DNA of 25,431 nucleotides from Polyangiaceae bacterium (GTDB lineage: Bacteria; Myxococcota_A; Polyangia; Polyangiales; Polyangiaceae), in NCBI GenBank assembly GCA_044222475.1, contig JBGANF010000115.1, positions 1-25,431 on the forward strand, read 5' to 3'. The position numbers and the translations under genes are program-made. Below are positions 8,645-16,425 of this stretch, piece after piece. The notes beneath the pieces were generated by a model that had not been told where the DNA came from, did not search any database, and saw only the letters and a list, made by a program, of their open reading frames with translations. Position 1 is the stretch's first letter, and each line of letters opens with the position of its first letter.

Positions 8645-10246
8645 CTACAACGGTGGGCACTCCAGGAAACACTGCTTCTCGCACGAGTCCTGGTTCTCGT
8701 CCCCGTCGCACTCGCGGATGCATTGCTCGCGGCAGGCCTTGGCGCTCTTGACGGTCGCCGTCGGCGGGGCCGTCGCGGTCGCGGTCGGCGTCAGCGTGCC
8801 GAGCGCCGCGGTCGACGCCGCCGCACCGCCGTTCGTCCCCGTCCCGATCGGGTGCGCGGTTCCGTGGAGGGGAGCGAGCGCGGCGTCGACCTCGACGGTG
8901 GCAGTCGGCGCGGTCAGCGTCACGAGCGGCGCCGCTGTCGTCGCGGTCGCGGTGCCGGCGACGGTCGGTCCGCGTTGGCTCAGCACCACCCACGTCGTGA
9001 TCGCTCCCCCGAGCACCACGAGGAGCGCACCCAGCCCGATCACGACGAGCGCGATCGAGCCACCGCGCGACGGAGCCGCGGGGGGCGTGAACACCGGCTC
9101 GTTCGTGGAGCCTCCGACCGGCGGTGGATACGACGGGCGCATCGGCGCGCCGTAACCCTGCATCGGCGGCTGCACCGGCATCGGCGGCTGCGCCGACATG
9201 GGCGGCGGTCCGAGCATCGGTTGAGTCGTCGGCTTCACGATGGCCGGCGGACCGGACCCCGGCATCGGCGTGCCGCTCCCGAGGAGCTGGCTCGGTACCT
9301 GGAGCGCGAGCGCGGTCGGCGCGGACGTCATCGGCGAGTCGGCGCTGACCATCGTACCTTGTTGGGACACGTTCACGGCCGTCAGCGCGGCGTGGAGCGC
9401 CGCGATCTGCTCGCTCGCGGTGGCGAACCGTTGAGCCGGCTCGCGAGCGCACGAGCGGAAGAACCACTGATCGAACGCCGGCGGCAAGAACGGCCAACGC
9501 GAGCTCGGCGCGTAGACGGCGTGGTTCAACACCTTGGCGAGGACGTCGGGGATGGTCGTCCCCTGCCAGTAGTGCTCACCGGTCGCGAGGTAGACGGCGA
9601 TGAGGCCGAGCGACCAGAGATCGGTCGGGGGTCCGATCGCTTGCACGCGCCCGAGCGCCTGCTCCGGCGCCATGTACAGCGGCGTCCCCATGACGGCGCC
9701 GTCGTGCGTCATCATCGCCGGTCCGCTCGTCTGCGACGCCTGCGACATGCGCGAGATGCCGAAGTCGAGGATCTTGATGACGGTCGACCCGTCCTCGCGG
9801 TTGTGGAGGAACAGGTTCTCGGGCTTGAGGTCGCGGTGGACGATCCCGATGGCGTGAGCTTTGTCGAGCGCGCGCGCGACCTGACCGAGGAAGCGCAGCA
9901 TGTCGTCACCCGGCATGCGGCCGTGCTGCTTCACGAGCGTTTGGAGGTCCGCGCCCGAGAGGAGCTCCATCACCAGGAACGGCGCCCCGCCGAGCTCGTG
10001 AGCGACGTCGGCGTCGACCACGCGAACGACGTTCTCGCTCTGGATCTTCGCGGGGGCGCGCGCCTCGCGCTTGAAACGCTCGAGGCTCTCGTAGTCGCGC
10101 GAGGCGTCGCCGTGGAGGAGCTTGAGCGCGAGCCGATCCCCGGTGCCCATGTGCTCGACGAGGTAGACCGTCCCCATTCCGCCCCGTCCGAGGACGGAGA
10201 GGATCCGGTATCGAGTGCCGATCACCGTGCCGGGTGCGAGCTGCAT
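8645..10246 (-). CDS. Hanks-type Ser/Thr protein kinase with Pro-rich linker, one TM helix and Cys-rich C-terminal tail (533 aa)
   Basis: LGRGGMGTVY, ALK, HRDLKPEN, DFG, GTPLYMAPE, DLWSLG; start placed at MQLAPG (10246) rather than 10786. Confidence 0.95.
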   Translation of the reverse strand: MQLAPGTVIGTRYRILSVLGRGGMGTVYLVEHMGTGDRLALKLLHGDASRDYESLERFKREARAPAKIQSENVVRVVDADVAHELGGAPFLVMELLSGADLQTLVKQHGRMPGDDMLRFLGQVARALDKAHAIGIVHRDLKPENLFLHNREDGSTVIKILDFGISRMSQASQTSGPAMMTHDGAVMGTPLYMAPEQALGRVQAIGPPTDLWSLGLIAVYLATGEHYWQGTTIPDVLAKVLNHAVYAPSSRWPFLPPAFDQWFFRSCAREPAQRFATASEQIAALHAALTAVNVSQQGTMVSADSPMTSAPTALALQVPSQLLGSGTPMPGSGPPAIVKPTTQPMLGPPPMSAQPPMPVQPPMQGYGAPMRPSYPPPVGGSTNEPVFTPPAAPSRGGSIALVVIGLGALLVVLGGAITTWVVLSQRGPTVAGTATATTAAPLVTLTAPTATVEVDAALAPLHGTAHPIGTGTNGGAAASTAALGTLTPTATATAPPTATVKSAKACREQCIRECDGDENQDSCEKQCFLECPPL

Positions 10247-10312
10247 CGCGCGCAGGAAGCCTAGCCGCGGACGCTTTCGGCGTCGACCTCGCCGGGGTGC
10301 TACGCTGCGTGC

Positions 10313-10936
10313 ATGTGGCCTACTCACAGCGGACGCCCCGCCCTTCCTCAGGCGGTCTTGTTCGCGGCGGCACCGTCCGAGATCGGCCACGTCGTCAGCG
10401 TCGAGTCGGACGTCAGCGGAGGGGTGACCACCGCCGGGCCGTTCTCGGTCGTGTTCGCGCTCGTGTCGGCGGGGGTCTCCTTCTTCCTCGGGATGACGGG
10501 GCTCCACGCGATGAACGGCATGACCGACGACTCGAGGTTGTTCCTGTCGAGCGCCGTTCTCGCCGTCATCGGAGGCGTCGCCGGGTTCCTCGCCGGCCAG
10601 CGATTCGGCGTCGTCCCCGCGCAAGTGCGGGAGCTCACGTACATCGGCCTCCGCGGCGCAGCCCGCGTTCGGCGCGATCGCGCGCCGGAGATCATCTGCT
10701 TCGCCGACGTCGTTCGGGTCCAGGTCACGGACGAGCGCCGCGAGTCGACGACCGTCGTCCGCACCTGGACGTTCGTCGACCATCAAGGAGCGCTCCGCTT
10801 CGTGACCAAGGGGAAGAGCACCCTCGCGGCGGGGTCGGTCGACCCGGCGGCTGGGACGCGCGACCTCGAGTACTCGTTCGGGAACGCGGTGTCGGTCGCT
10901 GCCGAGAAGGCGCTCGCCGGAGCGCCGGTGGCCTGA
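10313..10936 (+). CDS. Hypothetical two-TM membrane protein (207 aa)
   Basis: Two hydrophobic segments, GC3-rich codons, TG-c-TACGCT box 6 nt upstream of ATG. Confidence 0.65.
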   Translation: MWPTHSGRPALPQAVLFAAAPSEIGHVVSVESDVSGGVTTAGPFSVVFALVSAGVSFFLGMTGLHAMNGMTDDSRLFLSSAVLAVIGGVAGFLAGQRFGVVPAQVRELTYIGLRGAARVRRDRAPEIICFADVVRVQVTDERRESTTVVRTWTFVDHQGALRFVTKGKSTLAAGSVDPAAGTRDLEYSFGNAVSVAAEKALAGAPVA

Positions 10937-10969
10937 GACGAGCGCTCAGCGCAGCGCGTTGAGATGCAT

Positions 10970-10997
10970 GGCACCCCGGACTTCAGTCCGGGGTGCC
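10970..10997. repeat. Solo REP-like palindrome between convergent genes
   Basis: GGCACCCCGGACT-TC-AGTCCGGGGTGCC, a perfect 13-bp stem; core identical to copies at 13570 and 13725. Confidence 0.9.
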
Positions 10998-11004
10998 CCA
11001 TTCG

Positions 11005-11445
11005 TCAGCGCAGCGCGTAGATCAGCGCGCCGATCGTCACGATGGTGATGACGCCGATCGCGATCCACGTGTTCGTCCCAAATTGGGATGACCGCTTCTT
11101 CTTGGGCGGCGCCTTCGTCTTGACGGGCTTCGCGTCCCCGCCGTCGCTGGTCGTCTCCACCGCGGGTGGCGCATCCTCGTCCGCGCGCCGAGCCTTCGGC
11201 TGTTTCTGCTTTTGCTTCTTGGCGATCTCCGCCGCATGCGCCTTGCGCCGCTGCGCCTTGAGCCACGCCTTTTCCCGGCGCGCGCGTGCCTTCTCGGCCG
11301 CCGTACGACCGCGCTTGGGGCTGTCCCATCCGCCAGCGAGCGAATCGACGTCGTCGTCCTCGTCGTCCTGCGACTCGTCGTCGTCCCAGCTCGAATCGAG
11401 CGCGTCGACGTCGAGGTCGTCGCCGTCCTTCGCGGTCCCGGCCAT
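11005..11445 (-). CDS. Hypothetical protein with acidic N-terminus, basic middle and C-terminal TM anchor (146 aa)
   Basis: Asp-rich N-terminus with DVDALDSSWD/DVDSLAGGWD, Lys/Arg-rich helix, WIAIGVITIVTIGALIYAL; TAGGCT box 6 nt upstream. Confidence 0.75.
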   Translation of the reverse strand: MAGTAKDGDDLDVDALDSSWDDDESQDDEDDDVDSLAGGWDSPKRGRTAAEKARARREKAWLKAQRRKAHAAEIAKKQKQKQPKARRADEDAPPAVETTSDGGDAKPVKTKAPPKKKRSSQFGTNTWIAIGVITIVTIGALIYALR

Positions 11446-11523
11446 GGCCTGAGCCTAGTGGACCGGAGCGAAATGGCCAAAAACCGGCGTTCTTCGCCGT
11501 CCGAGCGGTAGAGTCGTCGCTTC

Positions 11524-12663
11524 ATGAAGCGCCCGCTCGGCCTCGGTGACTCGCACAACTTCGGGCGGCGGGTCGTTCCGCGAGGCCGGCGCGTCGAGAA
11601 GCCGCGCACGCTCGTGTGGGAGTGGCTCGTCCTCGGGCGCGACAGCCCGCTGCGCGAGGTCCTCGGCCGTCCGTTCGACTTTCTCCCGCGTCTCGGGTTC
11701 TTCCCTCGGACGGGCGAGGTGTCGCGCGTGTCGCTCCGGCCGCTCGGTGCCCTGAAGCGCGAAGGAAAGCTCGATCTGGCGTGCATCACCGGTCGAGCGA
11801 TCGCGCTGTTCAGCTGGCTCGGCGTCTCCGACCTGCACTGGGAGAACCTGGTCCTCGGGGCCGACGCACGAGGGAGGATCGTGTTCGGTCCGCTGGATGT
11901 CGAGATGATCCTCGCCGACCTCTCGCTCCCGACCGACACGAAGCTCCTCCCCGACGCCGACCCCGAGTACGCCGAGCTCTGTCGCCACTCCGCCGGGGTT
12001 CGCCGGGTGCTGCCCTACTTGGGGAAGCCGGTTCCGGCTTCGCTCCTCCTCGCGATGGCGGGAGCGTATCGCTCGACGCTCGCGCTCCTCGATCGCGACG
12101 CGGCGGCGATCGTCGCGGTGATCGCGCGAGTGCCGCACCTCCGCGAGACGCCGATTCGCGTGCTCCTCCGCGCGACGAGCGAGTACGTGCGCGCGCGCAC
12201 CGAGCCCGTGTGGCCGCCGCTCCTCGACGCCGAGTCGGAGCAGCTCATGCGCGGTGACGTCCCGTACTTCTTCCGGCTGCTCGGCCGACCGGGCATTCAT
12301 TGGTTCACCGAGCCCACGCTCCGCCGGCTCGGCCGTCTCCCGACGCGGGGTGACGTCCCGCGGCTCGATCCGATGCTGAGCCTCGCGCGCAAGCTCCGCG
12401 CGCCGTCGCGGACGACGCTCCGCAACGAAGGGCTCCTCACTCTCCTCGGAGCGTTCGATCACCCGTCGCTGACGGGCACGCACGCGACCGAGGATCTCTC
12501 GGTCACGTTCGGACCTCGGCGCCTCGCGGTTCGCTTCGCCACCGGCGAAGAGCTCCGCTCGCCGCGCGATCTGAGCGCCATCGTCGGGAGCGTCTACCTC
12601 CCGTGCCGCTGCGGCGAGGACCGCGCGGTGTTCGCGCGTGCACGCACGCACGCGCCATGGTAA
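11524..12663 (+). CDS. Stand-alone LanM dehydratase-like (DUF4135-like) protein without LanC cyclase domain (379 aa)
   Basis: LanM dehydratase motifs in the expected order: GDSHNFGRRV, KPR, G..IALFSWLGVSDLHWENLV, PLDVE, RVLLRAT..Y, EQL.RGDVPYF. Confidence 0.8.
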   Translation: MKRPLGLGDSHNFGRRVVPRGRRVEKPRTLVWEWLVLGRDSPLREVLGRPFDFLPRLGFFPRTGEVSRVSLRPLGALKREGKLDLACITGRAIALFSWLGVSDLHWENLVLGADARGRIVFGPLDVEMILADLSLPTDTKLLPDADPEYAELCRHSAGVRRVLPYLGKPVPASLLLAMAGAYRSTLALLDRDAAAIVAVIARVPHLRETPIRVLLRATSEYVRARTEPVWPPLLDAESEQLMRGDVPYFFRLLGRPGIHWFTEPTLRRLGRLPTRGDVPRLDPMLSLARKLRAPSRTTLRNEGLLTLLGAFDHPSLTGTHATEDLSVTFGPRRLAVRFATGEELRSPRDLSAIVGSVYLPCRCGEDRAVFARARTHAPW

Positions 12664-13328
12664 CCCGCGAGCCCGTGGACGAGTCTTCTTGCGCCGTGTG
12701 CCTAAGGCCGACCGTCGCGTGCGTGTGCGATCGCATCGTGCAGTACGAGACGAAGCGGCGCGTCGTCATCCTGCAGCACCCGCAAGAGCAGGACGCGCTC
12801 CTCGGGACCGCGCAGCTCCTCGTCGCGAGCTTGCCGAAGGCGCAGATCGTCGTCGGCTTGAGCTGGCGCAACTTCGCCCAAGTCCTCGGCGAGGACGACG
12901 TCGATCCGCGCCGCTGGGCGGTGCTCTTCCCCGACAAGGAGGCGAGCGGCGATCAGGTCACCGGCCGGCGCGGCGTCGTGATCGAGCCGAGCGCGCTCGA
13001 GGGGATCGTCGTGATCGACGGCACGTGGTCCAAGGCGAAGACGCTGTGGTGGCGCAACCCGTGGCTCCTGAAGCTGAACCGGATGAACCTCGAGCCCAAG
13101 AAGCCCTCGATCTACGGACGGCTGCGCGCCGAGCCGAAGCGCGAGTACGTCTCGACGCTGGAGTCGGTCGCGGGTGCGCTCACGCTCTGCGGTGAAGACC
13201 CGGCGATCGAGGCCGGTCTGGAGCGCGTGTTTCGGACCCTCGTTCAACGCGTGAGAGACGCGAAGCTGACGGTGCCCGCGCGGAAACCGACGAGGAAGCA
13301 CCGCAAGGGCGCCCCGGGAAGTGGCTGA
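12657..13328 (+). CDS. DTW-domain protein (TapT/YfiP-like tRNA-uridine aminocarboxypropyltransferase; 223 aa)
   Basis: CxxC...CxC N-terminus, LQHPQE, IDGTW, STLES; ATG 12657 overlaps the upstream gene by 7 bp. Confidence 0.9.
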   Translation: MVTREPVDESSCAVCLRPTVACVCDRIVQYETKRRVVILQHPQEQDALLGTAQLLVASLPKAQIVVGLSWRNFAQVLGEDDVDPRRWAVLFPDKEASGDQVTGRRGVVIEPSALEGIVVIDGTWSKAKTLWWRNPWLLKLNRMNLEPKKPSIYGRLRAEPKREYVSTLESVAGALTLCGEDPAIEAGLERVFRTLVQRVRDAKLTVPARKPTRKHRKGAPGSG

Positions 13329-13780
13329 AGTCCGGCGCGCTCATGGGCTACCCCGGGCTGAAGCCCGGGGCAGCAAAGACCTGCTGCCTGACTCAGTGAA
13401 AGCCCGCGCCAAGGCGCGGGCTCATCTGCATCCTCAGAACGCCTAGCGGTCTGGTTGGGTTCAGGACGGGTTCATGGATCCACGCTTACAGACCACGACG
13501 AGCCCCTTCGCGTCCAGCGGAGCCCGCCGAAGGCGGGCTTCGACTGAGTGCTGAAGTGGGTCTTTGCTGCCCCGGACTTCAGTCCGGGGTGCCAGAAGAT
13601 TCCCGTCCAAAGCCCGCCCAGGAGGGCGGGCTCTCGTGATGCATGTCCCAACTTGGGATGAAACCATCGAGAGTCCGCCCTCTTGGGCGGACTTTGAACG
13701 GGTGCGGGATTGGGCCCGATGCTGCCCCGGACTTCAGTCCGGGGCGCCCAGCTGCTGCCGCGGACTCAGTCCGAGGTGCC
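13308..13780. repeat. REP/BIME-like cluster of nested palindromes
   Basis: Type A hairpins CCCCGG(A/G)CTTCAG(T/C)CCGGGG at 13351-13370 (reverse), 13570-13589 and 13725-13744, degenerate at ~13311-13337 and 13758-13776. Type B hairpins AG(C/T)CCGC..GCGG(G/A)CT at 13401-13422, 13521-13539, 13611-13632 and 13672-13693. Confidence 0.88.
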
Positions 13781-13812
13781 CGCTTCGCGAGATGCGGTAA
13801 GCTCCTCGCCCC

Positions 13813-15009
13813 ATGCGCTCCGCCTACCTCGTCGACGCCGTTCGCACGCCGATTGCAAAATACAAGGGAGGCCTCGCCTCGATCCGCCCCGACGATCTCG
13901 CGGCGCACGTGCTCGGCGCCGTCCTCGCGCGCACGCCCGGCGCGCGCGAGCGCCTCGATCACGTGGTCTTCGGTGCGACCAACCAAGCCGGCGAGGACAA
14001 CCGCAACGTGGCCCGCATGGCGGTGCTCCTCGCCGATCTCCCGTACGAGATCCCGGCCGTCACCGTGAACCGCCTCTGCGGCTCGGGCCTCGAAGCCGTG
14101 TGCGACGCCGCGCGCCGCATCGCCACCGGTGACGCCGACGTCGTCGCCTGCGGCGGCGTCGAGAGCATGACGCGCGCGCCCTTCGCCTTCGCCAAGACCG
14201 ACGAAGCGTTCTCGCGCACGCCGCCCAAGGTCTTCGACTCGACGCTCGGTTGGCGCTTCGAGAACCCGAAGATGGCCGCGCGCTTCCCGCTGCACTCGAT
14301 GGGCGAAACGGCCGAGAACGTCGCCGAGAAATGGAAGATCGGTCGCGAGGAGCAGGATCGCTTCGCGATGGCGTCGCAGCAGAAAGCCGGCGCCGCGCTG
14401 AAGGCTGGCGCGTTCGCCGCCGAGATCGTCCCGGTTCCCATCCCGCAGAAGAAGGGCGACCCGCTGTCGTTCGCGGTCGACGAGTGCCCCCGCCCCGACG
14501 TCACGATGGAGGCGCTCGCGAAGCTCCCGGCGGTCTTCCGCAAGGGCGGCACGGTGAGCCCGGGCAACAGCTCGCCCATCAACGACGGCGCGAGCGCCGC
14601 GCTCGTCATGAGCGAAGACGCGATGAAGGCCTGCGGCGCGACGCCGCTCGCCCGCATCGTCGCCCACGCGACCGCCGGCGTGGAGCCGAACTTCATGGGC
14701 GAGGGGCCGATCCCCGCCGGCAAGAAGGTGCTCGCGCGCGCGGGCCTGAAGGTGTCCGACCTCGATTTGGTGGAGCTCAACGAGGCGTTCGCCGCGCAGT
14801 CGATTGCGTGCATCCGCGGGCTGGAGCTCGATCCGGCGAAGGTCAACGTGCTCGGTGGCGCGATCGCGCTCGGTCACCCGATCGGATCGAGCGGCTGCCG
14901 CATCCTCGGCACGCTCGCCCACGCGATGAAGGCGCGGAACGCGAAGCGCGGGATGGCCGCGCTGTGCATCGGCGTCGGCCAAGGCATCGCGATGGTGCTC
15001 GAGCGTTGA
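13813..15009 (+). CDS. Thiolase (acetyl-CoA C-acyltransferase, PaaJ/PcaF-like)
   Basis: NQAGEDNRNVARMA, TVNRLCGSG (catalytic Cys), NEAFA, GHPIG, CIGVGQG. Confidence 0.95.
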   Translation: MRSAYLVDAVRTPIAKYKGGLASIRPDDLAAHVLGAVLARTPGARERLDHVVFGATNQAGEDNRNVARMAVLLADLPYEIPAVTVNRLCGSGLEAVCDAARRIATGDADVVACGGVESMTRAPFAFAKTDEAFSRTPPKVFDSTLGWRFENPKMAARFPLHSMGETAENVAEKWKIGREEQDRFAMASQQKAGAALKAGAFAAEIVPVPIPQKKGDPLSFAVDECPRPDVTMEALAKLPAVFRKGGTVSPGNSSPINDGASAALVMSEDAMKACGATPLARIVAHATAGVEPNFMGEGPIPAGKKVLARAGLKVSDLDLVELNEAFAAQSIACIRGLELDPAKVNVLGGAIALGHPIGSSGCRILGTLAHAMKARNAKRGMAALCIGVGQGIAMVLER

Positions 15010-15016
15010 GCGAGCG

Positions 15017-15847
15017 ATGACGGTCCCGCCGCCGCCGCCCGGCTCGCCGTGGGATCTCCCGCTCTCGGACGCGCCGCTCGCGTTCGTCGATCTCGAGATG
15101 ACCGGCCTCGACGTCGCGCGCGACGCCATCCTCGAGGTGTGCATCGAGCGCTGGGTGGGCGATCGCAAGGTGGGCGAGCTTGCATCGCTCGTGCGTCCAC
15201 CGGCCGGCGGCGTCGATCGCGCGACCCACATCCACGGCATCAGCGAAGAGATGGTCGCGGCTGCGCCGACGTTCGACGAGCTCGCGCCCCGAGCGCGCGC
15301 CCTCCTCGACGGCGCGGTCTTCGTCGCCCACGCGGCCGAGTGGGACGCGAAGTTCCTCCGCAAGGGCTTCGACGCCGCCGGTGCGCCGTTCGCGATCGAT
15401 CACTGGGTCGACACGCTCACTCTCGCGCGGCGTTGCTTCGGGCTGGAGAGCCACTCGCTCGATGCGCTCTGCAAGCATTTTGCGATCCCCCGCGAGCGAG
15501 CCCACCGCGCGAGCGACGACGTGTCCGCGCTGCGCGAGGTGTTTCGGCGCTGCGTGGAGGCATTGCGGCCGACGACGCCGCGCGATCTGTGGGAGGTGCG
15601 CATCGCCGAGCGCAAAGCGCGCGAGGTCGTGATCGCTGCGTGCGAGGCCGCCGTCCTGTCGATGAAGCCGGTCAGCGTGACGTACCGGCCTTCGCGCAAG
15701 GGCGCTCAGGTGTTCCTCATGATGATCCGCGAGGTCCGAAAGACGACGGAGCCGGTGCACGTCATCGGCTACCTCCTGCCGAGCCACGCGCGGCGCGAGC
15801 TGCGCGCGGATCGCATCCTCCACGTGGAGCCGCCGCCGGAGAAGTAG
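15017..15847 (+). CDS. DEDDh (DnaQ-like) 3'-5' exonuclease with C-terminal WYL-like domain
   Basis: VDLEMTGL (ExoI), IHGI, VAH.AEWD (ExoII), HRASDD (ExoIII); C-terminus VSVTYRP...HVIGYL...RRELRADRILHVE. Confidence 0.88.
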   Translation: MTVPPPPPGSPWDLPLSDAPLAFVDLEMTGLDVARDAILEVCIERWVGDRKVGELASLVRPPAGGVDRATHIHGISEEMVAAAPTFDELAPRARALLDGAVFVAHAAEWDAKFLRKGFDAAGAPFAIDHWVDTLTLARRCFGLESHSLDALCKHFAIPRERAHRASDDVSALREVFRRCVEALRPTTPRDLWEVRIAERKAREVVIAACEAAVLSMKPVSVTYRPSRKGAQVFLMMIREVRKTTEPVHVIGYLLPSHARRELRADRILHVEPPPEK

Positions 15848-15853
15848 AGAGCT

Positions 15854-16348
15854 TCAGGGCGTCGTGCAGTAGATCGGTGCGTTCGGATCGACCTGGGCAA
15901 TCACGCCGCAGCCGAGACCGCACGGGCACCCCGCCTCGCAGAGACACACGTAGGCGGTGACGCCATCGACGGTCACTTCCTTCGCTTCGTTGCACGCGGG
16001 CGGATCGGCGAAGATGCCGCCAACGTTGACGCCGCACGGCTCGGGTGGACCTCCCGGCCCGCCCGGTCGGCCGCCGGTGCTGGATCCGCAGCTGATGTCG
16101 TTCTTGCAGTGCTCGAACGAGCAGGCGTTCGAGCAGCCCTCGATCGACGGGTCCACCACCTCGACCGTGAGGCATCCGGCCGCCCGACCAAAGGCCGCGC
16201 ATTCCTCGGCGGTGAACGCCTTGCCCCGGCACGCGTTGCAGATCCCGCTCGCGATCGGGTAGCCGGCGACGGACGCCGAGCACGCCGCGACCACGAGCAC
16301 CACCCCCAGCGCGGCGATCGCTGCAATCGGCCGGGCTGCCACGCTCAT
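15854..16348 (-). CDS. Small Cys-rich lipoprotein (164 aa)
   Basis: Lipobox VAAC, many Cys residues, Gly/Pro linker; TAATTT box 6 nt upstream. Confidence 0.7.
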   Translation of the reverse strand: MSVAARPIAAIAALGVVLVVAACSASVAGYPIASGICNACRGKAFTAEECAAFGRAAGCLTVEVVDPSIEGCSNACSFEHCKNDISCGSSTGGRPGGPGGPPEPCGVNVGGIFADPPACNEAKEVTVDGVTAYVCLCEAGCPCGLGCGVIAQVDPNAPIYCTTP

Positions 16349-16425
16349 GGGGCGAAATTACACCACCCCACCCAAAGGGATCGACCCCCGGAAGGCGCTT
16401 TGCTACTGCTCCTACCCGAAACCTC

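Noticed and set aside
13345..13500. HEARO/omega RNA or IS200/IS605 element
   Set aside because: Only the first hairpin resembles such ends; no iscB, tnpB or tnpA ORF is adjacent and the inverted partner arm explains the structure better.
13461..13800. Short ORFs 13461..13667(-) and 13564..13800(+) as RiPP precursors
   Set aside because: They are read-throughs of the palindromic repeats with no leader-like features.
13329..13812. CRISPR array
   Set aside because: Repeats occur in both orientations with irregular, self-complementary spacers; no cas genes.
3178..15363. Long antisense or alternate-frame ORFs (3178..5277+, 8207..10264+, 11455..12651-, 13579..15363-)
   Set aside because: Typical high-GC shadow ORFs overlapping motif-supported genes; Arg/Ala/Gly-rich with no recognisable motifs.
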